Below, one piece after another: positions 15,821 through 30,051 of a DNA stretch of 64,000 nucleotides. This DNA is from Octopus vulgaris (taxonomy: Eukaryota). Under the pieces are notes generated by a model. The model worked only from the letters and a program-made list of their open reading frames with translations, was not told where the DNA came from and ran no database searches. The stretch lies in assembly GCA_951406725.2 (NCBI GenBank), contig OX597825.1, positions 17,174,001 to 17,238,000 of the forward strand. The letters are read 5' to 3'. Position numbers and translations under genes: made by a program. How positions within the stretch are numbered: position 1 is the stretch's first letter; each line of letters starts with the position of its first letter.

Positions 15821-16347
15821 AAAAGAAAAAAAAAAGAAAAATACCAACAACAACATTGAGAAGCGAAATTCCAATTTTCGATGTGAGAAATTATACTTTT
15901 ATCCCAGTATCATCACCCCACCCCCAACCATCGGGATAAATGTGTTGCTAGGTTTACAGAAGTAAGGCCTTAATTGTCTTGACAACGAGCTGTGCCACTG
16001 ATAGACAAAATTCAATAGACAACGTCTTTAACATAGTGATCTGACACATTATCAATTTCCCCCGGTGCGATTATTAAATATATTTCAATATTCTATTTAT
16101 TCTGTCAAGGGATGAAAATTCTCCTCAAGGTCTAGCAAATTTGTTGAGTTGTACGTTAAATCTACTCTGCAATATCACATTTTGACGGCGGCGTGTTCAC
16201 AAATATCAATTATCTCAAGGAAAGGATTACAACAGAAAATATTGAATAAAACAGAACTTATTGATTCTATCTTCAATATATTTTATATCCTTTAATTTCT
16301 TCACGTGTGGTGCTGGCTATTTGAACCAATGCATTATTCATTGGTCT

Positions 16348-16379
<32 letters not shown>

Positions 16380-16608
16380 GAAAAAAAGAAAAAAGTTATC
16401 ATGTAGACATATTTTTATGAAAATATTGAAGAAGCAATTATAGACTCCACGATTACAATAATAGGAGGTCATTTTGTATTTTTGTAAGACATTAAAAATC
16501 AATATGTTAAATACAAGTACATACAATCGTATATCGCCATACGTAGGTGCGCACAGATAAACACATATACACAGATGTTTATGGAATACAGAGAGAAAGG
16601 TGTATATA

Positions 16609-16658
<50 letters not shown>

Positions 16659-16886
16659 ACTACGTACCTATGTTTCTATGTATGTATGTATATGTTTGAA
16701 GTTGTATAGGTATTCTTTTATTTGTTTCAGTCATTTGACAGCGGCCATGCTGGAGCACCGCCTTTAGTCGAGCAAATCCACCCCAATACTTATTCTTTAT
16801 AAGCCTAGTACTTATTTTACGTGATCATACCAGCATCGGTCGTCAAGCGATTTGGGGCGAACAAACACACACACACACACACACAC

Positions 16887-16944
<58 letters not shown>

Positions 16945-17307
16945 ATTCGAGACAAAACCACTATTTTAAAACCAAACAAGGAAAGACTTAATCAATACAT
17001 AAAATTTTAATATAAATTAAATAAACCGCCACTACAAATGTTTCATGTCTGCTCCGACAATCTTCAGGTGGATTTTCGATCTAAAAATAGCAATATTTTA
17101 AAATATAATTTAAAATAATTTAAAATAATAAAACCATAAAATTATCAATGAAAGAATGTAAAAAAATAAAAATATATAATCTATATATAATCTATATATA
17201 ATCTATATATAATCAATATATAATCTAAAATAATCTAAAATAAACCCTATAAACAATTGAATATAAAAACCTATTATAAAAGTTCTCATATTTAAAAATG
17301 TACAAAA
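16945..17307 (-). mobile_element. PLE terminal fragment carrying an HHR
   Basis: AT-rich segment ending at (TA)n, contains HHR 17029-17071 and 10-11-bp AATCTATATAT repeats. Confidence 0.7.
17029..17071 (-). ncRNA. Type I hammerhead ribozyme
   Basis: Minus strand: CCAC-CUGAAGA-uUGUCggagcaGACAu-GAAAC-auuu-GUA-GUGG; stem I CCAC/GUGG, intact core, U-U at base of stem II. Confidence 0.8.
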
Positions 17308-17455
17308 ACCAAAATCTACTCACAAGTCTTTGGCCGGCCCGAGGCTATAGTAGAAAGTACTTGTCCAAGGTGTCACGCGACTGAACCTGGAAGCATGTCG
17401 TTGGTAAGCAAGCTACTTTATTTCATAATATTTGCAATAAGGCAATACATAGAGG

Positions 17456-17698
17456 GTGGAGGCGCGTGGCTTAGTGGTTAGGGTGCTGGATTCATAGTCG
17501 TAAGATTGTGGTTTCGATTCCTGGAGCGGGCGATGTGTTGTGTTACTGATTAAAATACTTCATTTCACGCTGCTACAGTCCACTCAGCGGACAAAAATTA
17601 GCAATACAGTGACGGATCGGCGTCCCGTCAAGGTGGGGAGTTTCTACGCTACTGAAACCGGGAAACCGGCGTCATGAGCCTGGTATGTCTTGAGAAGA
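17456..17698 (+). mobile_element. SINE family C
   Basis: A-box TGGCTTAGTGG, B-box GGTTTCGATTCC, GACGGATCGGCGTCCCGTC and GAAACCGGGAAACCGG motifs. Confidence 0.9.
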
Positions 17699-18869
17699 AT
17701 ATATATATATATATATATAATGTATATACTTACATATATTTACATACATTTATACATGCGTATATATATATGTGTGTCTGTGTGTTTGTGTATGTCGAGT
17801 CAGTGTGTATATTAATAGATATGTAGTGATCAAACTTGTACACACGTATTAGATAATACATCACCTTAAATGAATTGCAAAAATATAAATTCAGAATGTA
17901 AAGGACATGTTATATCATTCAATTAGAAATAATTCAACGTTATCGATAAGTTATATGCATTGTTCTTCTAAAGCATATTTATATACCAAATTCGACGGAC
18001 ATGGCAAGTCGAAAAACATAAGGAACTTTAATTGGGAATATTAACATTAATCAGTGACACCGATATTGATAGAAGCGCACTTATTTAGTGAGTGAGAAGG
18101 ACAGATTAATATTTAAAAGAATAACCTTATATTATCTTCCTAGGAAGGAGGAATTGATAATCAATATGAAGATTTATATTTAGTGTGTAACAAAAAAAAA
18201 TAATTATCCTTTCTGGTGGAACTCAAACGTGTAGAGCACTGAAGCAACTTTTGTTCTATTTACTTCGTTAATGATATTTGAAAAGCATAAAACGTGGAAG
18301 CAATCTAGTTGCTGCCATATCATAATACTATTTAAATAATTTCTTTTCAATTACATTGATAATGATTTTTATGAAAATCGATGGATGATACGCGACGATT
18401 TTCTTCACCTTACAATATATGGATTTCCCATCTCACTATAATGAAGTTACTAGTGAAACGTATGTTTCAGAGTATTTTGACCAAAGTGGCTATCAGATAT
18501 TTATGATACAATTTTACTTTGACATTGTGCCGAACTGTGAATTCTAGAGAAGCTCTGCGCAGTATTCGAACAGTGTTGGTGTGGTATCGTATAATGTGCT
18601 ATACGCTTGTATGCTCTAAGAAGAACTCTATATCGTATGCCTTATGCTGAGAAAATGCAACTGATACAGACAAGTGACGTTTGATTCTTACACACGCTGT
18701 CTCATAGACGTATGTAAAACAAAGATTCAACACATAGAATAACACTGCTTTTTTTTTCATTAATACCTACGTATTATTTAGCAAAACACATATTTTTTCA
18801 GCCAGATCCTTCGATAAACATTATCCTTAATATGTTGTAAAAAATGACAATATAATTGTTTGAGACGTT

Positions 18870-19050
18870 GGCAGTAGGCCAGCAATGTTGTAGGGAAGGG
18901 GTTTAGTCTATTACATCAACCTTAGAACTCGATCGGTAGTTTAGGTTATCGACCCCTCGGAGGGATTTGAATTCAGAATGTAATGAACTGGAAGAAATAC
19001 AGCTATGCTTTTTATCCTATGCGATAACGATTCTAACTGTTCCCACACCT
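18870..19050 (-). mobile_element. Old SINE family B
   Basis: ATTACATCAACC...TTATCGACCCC...TTTGAATTCAGAATGTAA. Confidence 0.65.
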
Positions 19051-20249
19051 AATAATATAGAGCTAGGTGTTTGGTGGTCTTTGGCTACTTTCGTGAAGGT
19101 CGATTCTGATCCTGTCTTGAGAAGATATGAATTAATGCATTAACAAGTTCTATCATTCCGGTTCGCAGAACGTTCCTTTCCGATTTAGAAGTAAGGAGAT
19201 CGTCTTAATAATACTTCACAGCAGAATGTGAGAGGCGAAAAATACATCAACGGATTCTCCTTCTAATAGATTTTGAATCATTTTAACATAAAAAAGAAAC
19301 ATTAAAATTTTTCTTCTAGCGCTTTAATTTTCCTAGTATAACAAGCCGACTGCATGTATTTTACAGTTGATAATTAGGTTCATATAATGCACTTCTACTC
19401 TGGTAAGTGCAATTAACGTCCACGTGAATTAATTAAGTTAACAGCGAGCAGAAACCCCATATATTTCATAGCTTTACTAAGCCGGAGTACAATATTACTG
19501 AAATCTACACATGCTCTTAAATAAAAGTGGCATTCATATCCGAAGTGTTCTATATTCATAACAGAAATACAAGTTGCTCTGGATATATTATAGGAATTTA
19601 AATGAAGAGAAAGCATTTATCATAGTCAATATTAATTATTTACACAATATTGCTTTCTCGTTTTAAATTGAATCAAGGCTCAAAATGAGATATTAATTAT
19701 TTCGAAGTCATTAATATGTCAGAAATAGTTATGAGACTTTATCGCCTCGTAGAATTGCAATTACTAAATAACTAACGATAAAAATGTGTCCAAAGAAGGA
19801 AAAAAACAATGAAAACCGTAGGTAATAACTTCAATAGAATTTAATATTATAGGAGGAGAATGTAAGTGTAGCAAATTTACGCTTAAAAGTACTTTTGTAA
19901 ACTGTAGTTAAAATATCCAATATTTAATCACGTACGAAATATTGAAGACATATCAACTTCCATTTCTTATAATTTTCTTCGAATAGCAATAGCAATTTCG
20001 ATTAACATATTTTACAAAAGAAAGAAACAATACAAATTTCAAACACAAGACAATGAACAGCAAATAACAACCTTTCGAGCATAATTATAAGACGCATAAT
20101 TGAAATTATCAATAAAATTTGCATAATGGTTGCGCATTTCTGAACATCATTAAGAGTGTTATTGTACACAGTCACACCTGCAAATATGTGTACCCGTGTT
20201 AGCAGGTGTTTGTTTGTGTATGTAACAAATATTTACACACACACACATA

Positions 20250-20283
<34 letters not shown>

Positions 20284-20774
20284 GACGCTCACACACACAC
20301 TCGCAGACGTTCACAAATACACATATGTATGCATACTCAGGGCATGAGACAGTAAATATTTCGTAATTTAATACAGCAACACTAATCTAAGAAAAACGCT
20401 ATTTAATTTAAATAAAAATCGTGCTCACCTATTCTTGATAAGCTCTCTTCAATGATTATTATATGGATATAACTTCAGCGATTCGATGATTGTCTCAATG
20501 TGAAGCTGGAATCGGTGTCATGACTACGCTAAAAAGTTCTTATCCAATTTCAACATTCACGTGGGCACCGGCGGACTTTATTGTGACACATATGGCCTTC
20601 CAATGTGTACATCATTCATCGTATATTTTACAACTTTCTGCATGGTTTCCATTCCTTGTGTAGGCATTTTATCTTCCATGGAGGATCTGAAATAAATAAA
20701 AAACAATTGAATTGGCTTGAACTGAGTAATATTCTAATACTTTTGAGCCACTAATTACACTTCATACACTATAC

Positions 20775-21249
<475 letters not shown>

Positions 21250-21554
21250 TATCCAACTGTTGTTACATTTAGTGCAATGTACACTTCTTGATTAGCCTCA
21301 GGTCTCATGATATACTCAATCGTATACATACCCTGGATATCTTTCTACCTGTACTTCGGTACTCCCGTATGTATTCCTCCAATTTTGTCGTCTACACTTT
21401 TCAACCCGACTCGGTGCCTTACCATGTATGTGCCTGATTCATTTGAATCCCGATCTATTATATATACACACTGGACGTAGTGGAAGTAGTTCAGAAGATG
21501 CGAAGTGAGGTGCTACTGACATAACAACGAATGTAAGCATAACACCACATTTTA

Positions 21555-22070
<516 letters not shown>

Positions 22071-23780
22071 AGAAATTGAGAGTAACACTAACATTATATA
22101 TTGGCCATAAGAACAGAACGAAAATCTGAAAATTTGTCCACCAAGTTGCGGTAGTTAAACCTATCGAAATCTTGCAGCTGATTCAATTTGTAAAACGTTC
22201 ACCGAAGACAAGTGTCTTAGTCAATCTTCCCTCAACTCAAATATGATACTAAGAAGAAATTCATTATACTATTTTGTTGCCCCTCCTTCTTGTGATATGA
22301 ATTTACTAATTTTGACAACTGCTTGTCAGAACTGATCATGTGCATGTTTTATTGGATATACAGTTGTTCCTGTTGTTGGTGCCTTGACACATGTCATTTC
22401 CAATTATTTTTTATTGATGTCATTAATTGCTGAAATTTTTATGCTACTCCATATCAGTGTCATTGGGCAAATCTGTTTCTAACAATTTTACCAGCGTTGA
22501 CAATTCCATTATTTTTTATGTGTGTGCACGAGAGACTATGATGCATGTCCCCCTTATATACCTACTATTATGCAAGCAGCTAGAGTTTGATTTGAAGATT
22601 TGATCGATAAGCATTTTAGGTCGAGACAGCTGCATGAACTTACATATGTCATATTTTTCCATAAGCTAACGTTTAAAACGAATTCCAGCTCTTATTTATC
22701 TGATTGCTCATCATATAAATATTCCCGTGACAATCCTGTCTTAATTTTCAAAGAATACATCAGAGGCCTACATTATCCGATATTTAATCCCTGTATCTTA
22801 AAATTCTACTATTGTGTCACGTTTGAGATGTAGTGATTATTTTAAGCAGATCTAACCGTTGCGTAGGCATCTCTATCTTGCCTTGACAATACGCTGGAAG
22901 ATTTATGTCACAACTTTAGGATTCGTTATATAAACGAATAACCAACTCTCCACCAGGCTATCTTACATTGTCTCTCAACGTATCTATATTTTGGCTTTAT
23001 CTACATAGCAATCCTACCTCCGTCTCTATATATTAATCTCATTTCGTATGACCTCTTTCTGTATATCTATATATTGCATTTTCTCGCTTCCTTTCATCCT
23101 TATTGACATACACATATACAGTCGCTCATTCTGTCGCTCTCTCTTTATCTCTCTCCCAATCTTTTCTATGCTCGAGAGAGCTGAGTGTGTGACAGTAAAA
23201 TAAAATAACATGGGTAAGATTGTTTGAGATGATTAAGAAAATTACGATCAAATTGAATTTAATAGCATGGACATATATATCGTAATAAATGTGATATACG
23301 TCTTCACTGTAAAATGTTGTATAACATTATATATGATTTTGTGAAAGAAGAAATGAATTCGGATAGATATCTACAGCTCACGTGTGTGTATATATTTATC
23401 TCTGTGTATTTCGGCGTGTATTTGAGCTTGTATGTGCTTGTCAGTTTACATGTGTGTGTATGTATGTGTGTCTTTGTGAGGATATGATTAAGTTGTTTTT
23501 TAATCAGAAGAAAACTACACACTTCATCACAAAGGCTCAATGGATTTATTGCCGGACATTTTGCCTACAGAGAAACAAAGTGAATAAGAGAAAGAATTCT
23601 GATTTTCTGCAAGTATAGTGTTGATGATCTTACTTGTACTGTTAATCGTCTTGTGTCATTCGATGGTGGCTTTCGTTTTTGCACAAGCATAAACCTTTTA
23701 GTGAAACAAGATGTTTCTTCATACATTGAATATGCTAAGCATTAAGACACGAAATATGTGTATGTACCTGTGCGTATACA

Positions 23781-23984
<204 letters not shown>

Positions 23985-24231
23985 GTGGGTTATGCTTCTA
24001 CGTGCTTCTTTCTGAATGAGATAAACACAAAATATATATTCTCATATGTATATATATATGTATATATATATGTATCAGTATTTATACATACATACGTACA
24101 TACATACTTACATACATATATACATACATAGACACACACACACACATATATATACATTCATTCATAAATATAAAGATATATATGAATATTTGTAGATAGT
24201 ATATATTTATATCTATCTATTTGTCTATTTG

Positions 24232-24285
<54 letters not shown>

Positions 24286-25080
24286 ATTCTGTATGTATGA
24301 ATGTGTGTGCGTACGTGCGTGCGCGGATGTGTCGGTACGTGAGAAACAGCGGCACATTTTCTCTCATAATTTATAAATTATATCGATTATATAGAAAAGC
24401 TGAATATAGCCCCCGTCGAAGAGAATTATTCGGAAATTGTCTATTAAAGTGAAGAACTCAACTTCAATTATAGAATGAGTTATATATAGACAAGTATTGT
24501 TTTATTATTTCCAGCTATAGCTGCAGAAGTCACGTATCTTGTTTTCATTATTTTCCCATTTGTCAAACGTATAAATCGTTTAGCCGACATTCACTAAACT
24601 CCTACGCCATCTTTATAACATATTTCTCAAATTATCAAGAATATATAAAATAAATGTTGAATTCTAGATAAAAAAAAATATTGTAATATTCCATTTTCGA
24701 CTAAGTAATTGTATATCAGTGCTTTTATTTTTACATTTCTGCGCAGCATATAGCTAGAAAAGAAAAAATGAAATTGTATACATTATAACATATATTCGTG
24801 CATCTTTCAATAATTTCTTCTCTATCGTTGATGGTCTTTGTCTTGTGCAGTTAGTCTATCATCATTCTAGAATATTCCGACAATACCTATGCGTGTAATT
24901 TACTACGACAGATATATTCTACAATACTCTACCGCAACGCTTGTATCATAATACCTGTGACAGCCATATTTAAGTCGAAAATGGAGCAGAAGTGAAAGGG
25001 AATGGTCACAAGAATCAATATGTTCCAACAGAAATGGAAGGTAAATCTTCGCCAAATTACGATGTCTTAAAAATACGATT

Positions 25081-25196
25081 ATATTTTGTATAAGGAATCA
25101 CTGAAAAAGATGGGTTGAACTTGACTGGAAGCATTTTCATGCGAGCGTTTGATAGTAAGGGTAAACAGTATACATCAAAGACAAGAAATCCTACGT
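25081..25196. repeat. 116-bp inverted duplication, left copy (right copy 28775-28890)
   Basis: Reverse complement of 28775-28890 with 3 mismatches by eye. Confidence 0.9.
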
Positions 25197-25217
25197 AAAG
25201 AAATACTGTCGTATATA

Positions 25218-25790
25218 TCTCTCTATATATATAAACGGCAAAATGCCTGTGTTTCTGTGAGCCTGTGTGTCTGTGTCCTTTATACAAATCCACAGTTTGT
25301 CACGTAAAAGGCTCGTATTTTCTATTGGCTTCCAAAACTGTGTAGGGTGGTCGTGAAGAGCTTTTCATTTCCCCAGTCACCCCAGAAAGCCATAAAAAAA
25401 TCGATAAACCGACACCTTATGCCCATGGGTTATGGGCATATCCATTCAAAATCGCTAAAACATAGAAATGTGTACGCGGTGCATGCGTACAGCTAGATAA
25501 GCCAGTGGTCTGCCAACTGATTTTTGATTGGACGGAGATAATTTTACTTATGACAGTTGAATGCGCGTGCGCATTTGCATACAGTCTGTATGACTCAGCG
25601 AACTTTTGTGTTTTGCGAAGAGGGATCATCATGTGTTTTGGCTCTCAAACCTGCACGATTTTTTGATTTGAGAAATGTAGGGAATAATTAACGAGTTAGA
25701 ACAAGTGAATGACAAGAGAGCGGGATTTTCATGAAAGACCAAATATGATTGACTAGCACTAGAACCGGCAACGCCGGGTCATAGTACTAG
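25218..25790 (+). mobile_element. Non-autonomous Helitron
   Basis: A|TC(TC)TCTATATATATAAA start, subterminal hairpin CCGGC-AAC-GCCGG, then CTAG|T end; no TSD; inserted in TA repeat. Confidence 0.85.
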
Positions 25791-25812
25791 TATATATATA
25801 TATATATATATA

Positions 25813-25950
25813 CAAAAAAACGAAAACAAAAGCCGAAGATGGGTGTGTAAACAACAAACAGATGCATTAGTTTAACGCTCGGGAAGTGACAAAGTCCTTT
25901 ACGTTTCGAGCCTACGCTCTTCAACAGAAAGGAACACACAATAAGCAAAA
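25813..25950 (-). mobile_element. PLE terminal fragment, same family as 20965-21180
   Basis: Same HHR variant and diverged downstream flank; 3' end abuts (TA)n. Confidence 0.7.
25895..25933 (-). ncRNA. Hammerhead-like motif with variant core CUGUUGA
   Basis: Minus strand UCCUUU-CUGUUGA-A-GAGCguagGCUC-GAAAC-GUA-AAGGA; 34 nt identical to 21047-21080. Confidence 0.7.
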
Positions 25951-26276
25951 TAACCCCCCCCCCCAAAAAAAAAAGCACTGGTTTATAATATATGACTTGA
26001 GATGTCCGTTTTGCCTTAGCGTTTGTTGTCCTCTTTAACAAATATATATACGCTATCTCGGAAGTCTACAATGGTTCCATAAATCCCATCTCGGCTATGA
26101 ACCTGGACCCCTGATAATTCGTTACAACACTTACCAGCCTGTGAAAAAAACACCCATATTATATCTTACCTAATATTAAAAATTCCAGTGTTATAACCAA
26201 TCAACAAAATCGTCTATAAAATCGTGTCACATTTCACTACACAAAGAAATAAACACACACATACACATATTCATAC

Positions 26277-26379
<103 letters not shown>

Positions 26380-27592
26380 GTGTGTGTGTGTGTGCGTGCA
26401 CGCGCGTGTACTAACATGGCAGAACTGAAAACCAATTGACGAGGATATTCCGTTACTTTCTACAGGACTCACAATTGAAAATGGGAAGTACATTGCTTGG
26501 CAGAGATTGCAAGCCCAGGTTGGACATTCAATGATTATTATGCATCAAATGTATCGTTGTACAGCATTGTTATTGTTAGAATTTGTTGGATAGGGCTTTA
26601 TGAATGCATGCGCATAAAAATCTTCTTTGTTCTGGTTTCCACATATGTTGTAAATGTTAGAATTCGTGTCTGTCACTCATACTATTATAATTGTTCATGT
26701 GTCTGGTTTGTGGTTGTATGTGTATTTTAGTGTGTATACATGTTGGTATATGTTTGTGTTAATGTGTCCATGAATGTGTGTGCATGTGTGCATGCCTCTG
26801 GTGTGATATATTCTTGGTATAAATTGTGACGGTTTGTTTTTGGCATTCTCAAATATACAGGTAAGAAGACGAATAGCCAGTGGTGTGTGTGTTTCTATAA
26901 ATCGGTTGCTGTGGATCTGGATATTTAGGTCAATTAGTGTTAGAATAATTTTGTAGCGGTTCAGGAGTAGACACAGCAGATGTTTGGGTAATATCATCTA
27001 TGTATGAGTTCCCAGCTGTCTTTTTTTTTTTTTTGAGGTTTTATCTAGTAATTGCTATAAAACATTAATTATCATTCAAAATGATAATTAATGTTTTATA
27101 CGAATTCCTGGATAAAAATTATGATGAAAAGTTGAAAGTGTCAGATGATGAAAAAACTCCATTTACACATGAACTAGTAATATTTAATTTTTATTTTTCA
27201 GCTTTGCATTGATAGCAATCATTAATCATTTTGAACTCTAGATAGAAACGGAAACATTGAAATAATTCTACTAAAATTTATACTAACTAAAAACTATAAA
27301 ATTATACAGTTAGGTTATGAGCTTTCAACTTGAATAATGAGAAAAAAAATTATGATGTTCATAGTTACGTTGTGATACGTGCGAATTACAGCCGCATATC
27401 AAAAATGGCATGTCATATTTTTGGTGGAATTTAACAAAGCAGGATTTTGATAGACTGTAACAGCGTAGGAATTATCCATATTTTAGGATTAGAATATTTT
27501 GCTTAATGTGAAAAAGATATTTCCAGTTATAAAACAAATTATTCATGAAAGAACTCGAACGTTGTGTAAACAACGTAAACAGTCTTGAAATT

Positions 27593-27754
27593 ATTTACAT
27601 ATGCCCGTTGGCCATAGGGCGTAGTGGTTAAGAGCGCGGGCTACTAACCACCAAGATTCCGAGTTCGATTCCAGGCAGTGACCTGAAAAATAATAATAAT
27701 GATAATAATAATAATAACAACAATAACTATAATAACAATAAACATAACAATAAC

Positions 27755-27789
<35 letters not shown>

Positions 27790-27984
27790 TGATAATAATA
27801 ATAATAATAACAACAACAACAACAACAACAACATCGGAAAATACCTTAGGAATGAGAACCCGGGTTTGACATCTCCCCAAGACGCCTGATGAATGCTCGA
27901 GGGTATATCAGCCGAAACATTGTGTTAACAACACATAAAATGAGGACAAATATACGTCAAATGTAAATAATGTAAATAATGAAT
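27593..27984 (+). mobile_element. tRNA-derived SINE (family D) with (AAT)n linker, internal HHR and (AATGTAAAT)n tail
   Basis: 18-bp TSD GTAAACA(G/A)TCTTGAAATT at 27575-27592 and 27985-28002; A-box GGCGTAGTGG and B-box GAGTTCGATTCC in 27610-27683. Confidence 0.85.
27881..27926 (+). ncRNA. Type I hammerhead ribozyme (mutated) inside SINE
   Basis: GACGC-CUGAUGA-A-uGCU(c)GAggguauaUCAGCc-GAAAC-AUU-GUGUU; stem I GACGC/GUGUU; CA at the expected CG of ACGU is consistent with CpG decay. Confidence 0.65.
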
Positions 27985-28027
27985 GTAAACAATCTTGAAA
28001 TTGTCCCCACCAAAGTATATAACGAAT

Positions 28028-28250
28028 ACGAAGCGTACCAAAACGTTCGCGGATTAGATCTGTAACGCACCAATATTTGGAAGCACTCAGTTCCGTGCGC
28101 AGTAAGAGCTTGTAGTAACCTTCACGATGCAGTGTGCCGAGTGACCTCGCTGTGTTTAGTATGCACGCTGTGTAATTTGAGGGTTTCTAATCACATGTAA
28201 GATGTAGCCGACGATTTTCGTCATGAACAAGAAGCTGGAACAAATCACTG
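28028..28250 (+). mobile_element. Probable mariner 5' end fragment
   Basis: TACGAAGCGTACCAAAACGTTC resembles a mariner TIR; ends in MNKKLEQ-like start. Confidence 0.4.
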
Positions 28251-28262
28251 TCCTGATTGGAA

Positions 28263-28770
28263 ATACAATATTTTGAGGATTGAGATTTAGTAAGTTTAAT
28301 AAAGTACAAAACTCTGATCTCCATCAAAATAAGATCTAATTTCAAAGCACTTGTTTGTAGCGCAGCAGCCAATTTGTGAAAGCCCCATAGGAGTCCTTCA
28401 ATGTGTCCTCTTTCATCTTCTCCTTCAGCATTGGGGTACAACCGAATGTTAAAGGGAGCAAGTTCTGGAATGTAAGGAGAGCGACGGACAATTTTGATGC
28501 TCTTCTCTGTCATGTACTTGGTTATCATGATAGTATTGAGAACTAGAGCACTCTCTTGGCGCACAGGCATTGATCTTTTGCGATTCAATTTCTGCTTAAA
28601 ACCCCACACCCCAAAAAACGAACACAACGTATTTTTTGTTGACCATATGGCCAGAGGGAACCTAGTGTATGTAGGTGATGCATTTGCTGTCTCAAAAGAG
28701 GATCTTCATGAGCTTCTCTGCGGAATTGCTTTGCTTGGCCTCTTGTGCAAGCAAAAAATTCATTCTCGGT
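28263..28770 (-). pseudogene. Mariner transposase C-terminal remnant
   Basis: Minus-strand peptides EAKQSNSAEKLMKILF*DSKCITYIH*VPSGHMVNKKY and SPYIPELAPFNIRLYP match the mariner VPxGxTVN and YSPDLAPxDF motifs. Confidence 0.8.
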
Positions 28771-28774
28771 TCAC

Positions 28775-28890
28775 ACGTAGGAATTCTTGTCTTTGATGTG
28801 TACTGTTTACCCTTACTATCAAACGCTCGCATGAAAATGCTTCCAGTCAAGTTCAACCCATCTTTTTTAGTGATTCCTTATACAAAATAT
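28775..28890. repeat. 116-bp inverted duplication, right copy
   Basis: Reverse complement of 25081-25196. Confidence 0.9.
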
Positions 28891-29082
28891 TACTAGATAA
28901 AATTACTAGATAAAACCACAAGCATTTCATATGTTCCCGTAACATTTTTGCGCAGTTAAACATAAACCTATATTCTTGTATTTTGGGATGGTCAGTATGA
29001 TTTTTTGGCCAAATACGCACTATGTATTTGTTCTTCACTCGTCTGTTTTCTTATTTTTAAAAAATTGTAATTCATATCCATT

Positions 29083-29126
29083 GTCGGGAAATATTTCGTC
29101 ACACATCTGTGACCTCTTCAGAGACA
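29083..29126 (-). ncRNA. Degenerate hammerhead-like motif
   Basis: Minus strand UGUCU-CUGAAGA-G-GUCACAgaugUGUGAC-GAAAU-AUUuccc-GACA; perfect 6-bp stem II, damaged cleavage site and stem I. Confidence 0.4.
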
Positions 29127-29237
29127 CTTTTCGTGTGCTCTTGCTTCACTTACACCATTCTGTTCTTCTCAGATGTGTATCCTTGTGTGCGCATGCATTT
29201 GTGTCCATGTTTCTGTGTGTGCTTGTGTGTGTGTATG

Positions 29238-29268
<31 letters not shown>

Positions 29269-29802
29269 GCGCGTGTGTAAGTCTCTGTGTTTGTGTGTTC
29301 GCCCACGGTGTTGCTATCCTGGTTGTAGTAGTTGTTGTTGCTTTCATTGCCATCCCTGTCACTGCCGCAGCTGTTGTCGTTGTTCTTCGTGTTGTTGATA
29401 TTGTTGTGGCCGTCCGTGAAAATTCTTGAGTATGTGTGTTTGTGTGCGTATGTGTACTGGTTCGCTTCCTATGCTGTTTATATATATGTCCCTTTTATAG
29501 GGATTTATTTATTTATTTATTTTATCTATCTCTATTTCTTACTTTTATCAAAAGTTCTGTAATATACCTCGTTAGTACTTCATACAAATATACAGTTGAA
29601 AATGTCGCCTTGTTGTGTTCTAAGCGTGTGGACACTATTCTCTTTCTTTCTCTTATGTATTTTCTCTGTCTCTTCCTCTCTCTCTCTCTCTCTCCATACA
29701 AAAGAACGTAGAATCCAAAATAGAAGGTCACCTTCGATTTCCATGATATGCGAGAAACTTCACTCGTCCACCACAACTCCTTCATATTTGTAACGTTTTT
29801 TT

Positions 29803-30051
29803 TTGCGCCCTTTTCAAGCCTAGTCAGGCTCATGGGCCCGGTTTCCCGGTTTCTATGGCGTATGTGTTCCCCAGCTGGAAGTGACACCAGTCCATCGCAG
29901 CGTTACTTACTTTTGCCAGCTGAGTGGACTGCAGAAGCGTAAAATGATGTGTTTTACTCAAGAACACAACGCGTCGCCCGGTCCAGGAATCGAAACCACA
30001 ATCTTACGATCATGATGCTGACACCCTAACCACTAAGCCACGTGCCTCTAC
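29803..30051 (-). mobile_element. SINE family C
   Basis: Reverse-complement match to 17456; TSD-like GTAACGTTT at 29790-29798 and 30055-30063. Confidence 0.9.

Larger units (their letters stand above)
16714..17420 (-). mobile_element. SINE family A interrupted by a PLE fragment in its (TA)n
   Basis: Tail half 16714-16890, (TA)n, foreign segment 16945-17307, head half resumes at ACCAAAATCTACTCACAAG. Confidence 0.85.

Noticed and set aside
18460-18590. Possible mariner N-terminal remnant
   Set aside because: Only loose motif similarity
24961-25160. Possible two-exon fragment (VENGAEVKG...ME / GITEKDGLNLTGSIFMRAFDSK) with a 54-nt GT-AG intron
   Set aside because: No recognisable homology, weak acceptors; needs RNA-seq
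26860-27010. YIDDIT on minus strand, possible LINE RT relic
   Set aside because: No supporting flanking RT motifs that I can confirm
27610-27683. tRNA gene with ACT anticodon
   Set aside because: Acceptor stem poor; it is the head of a TSD-flanked SINE
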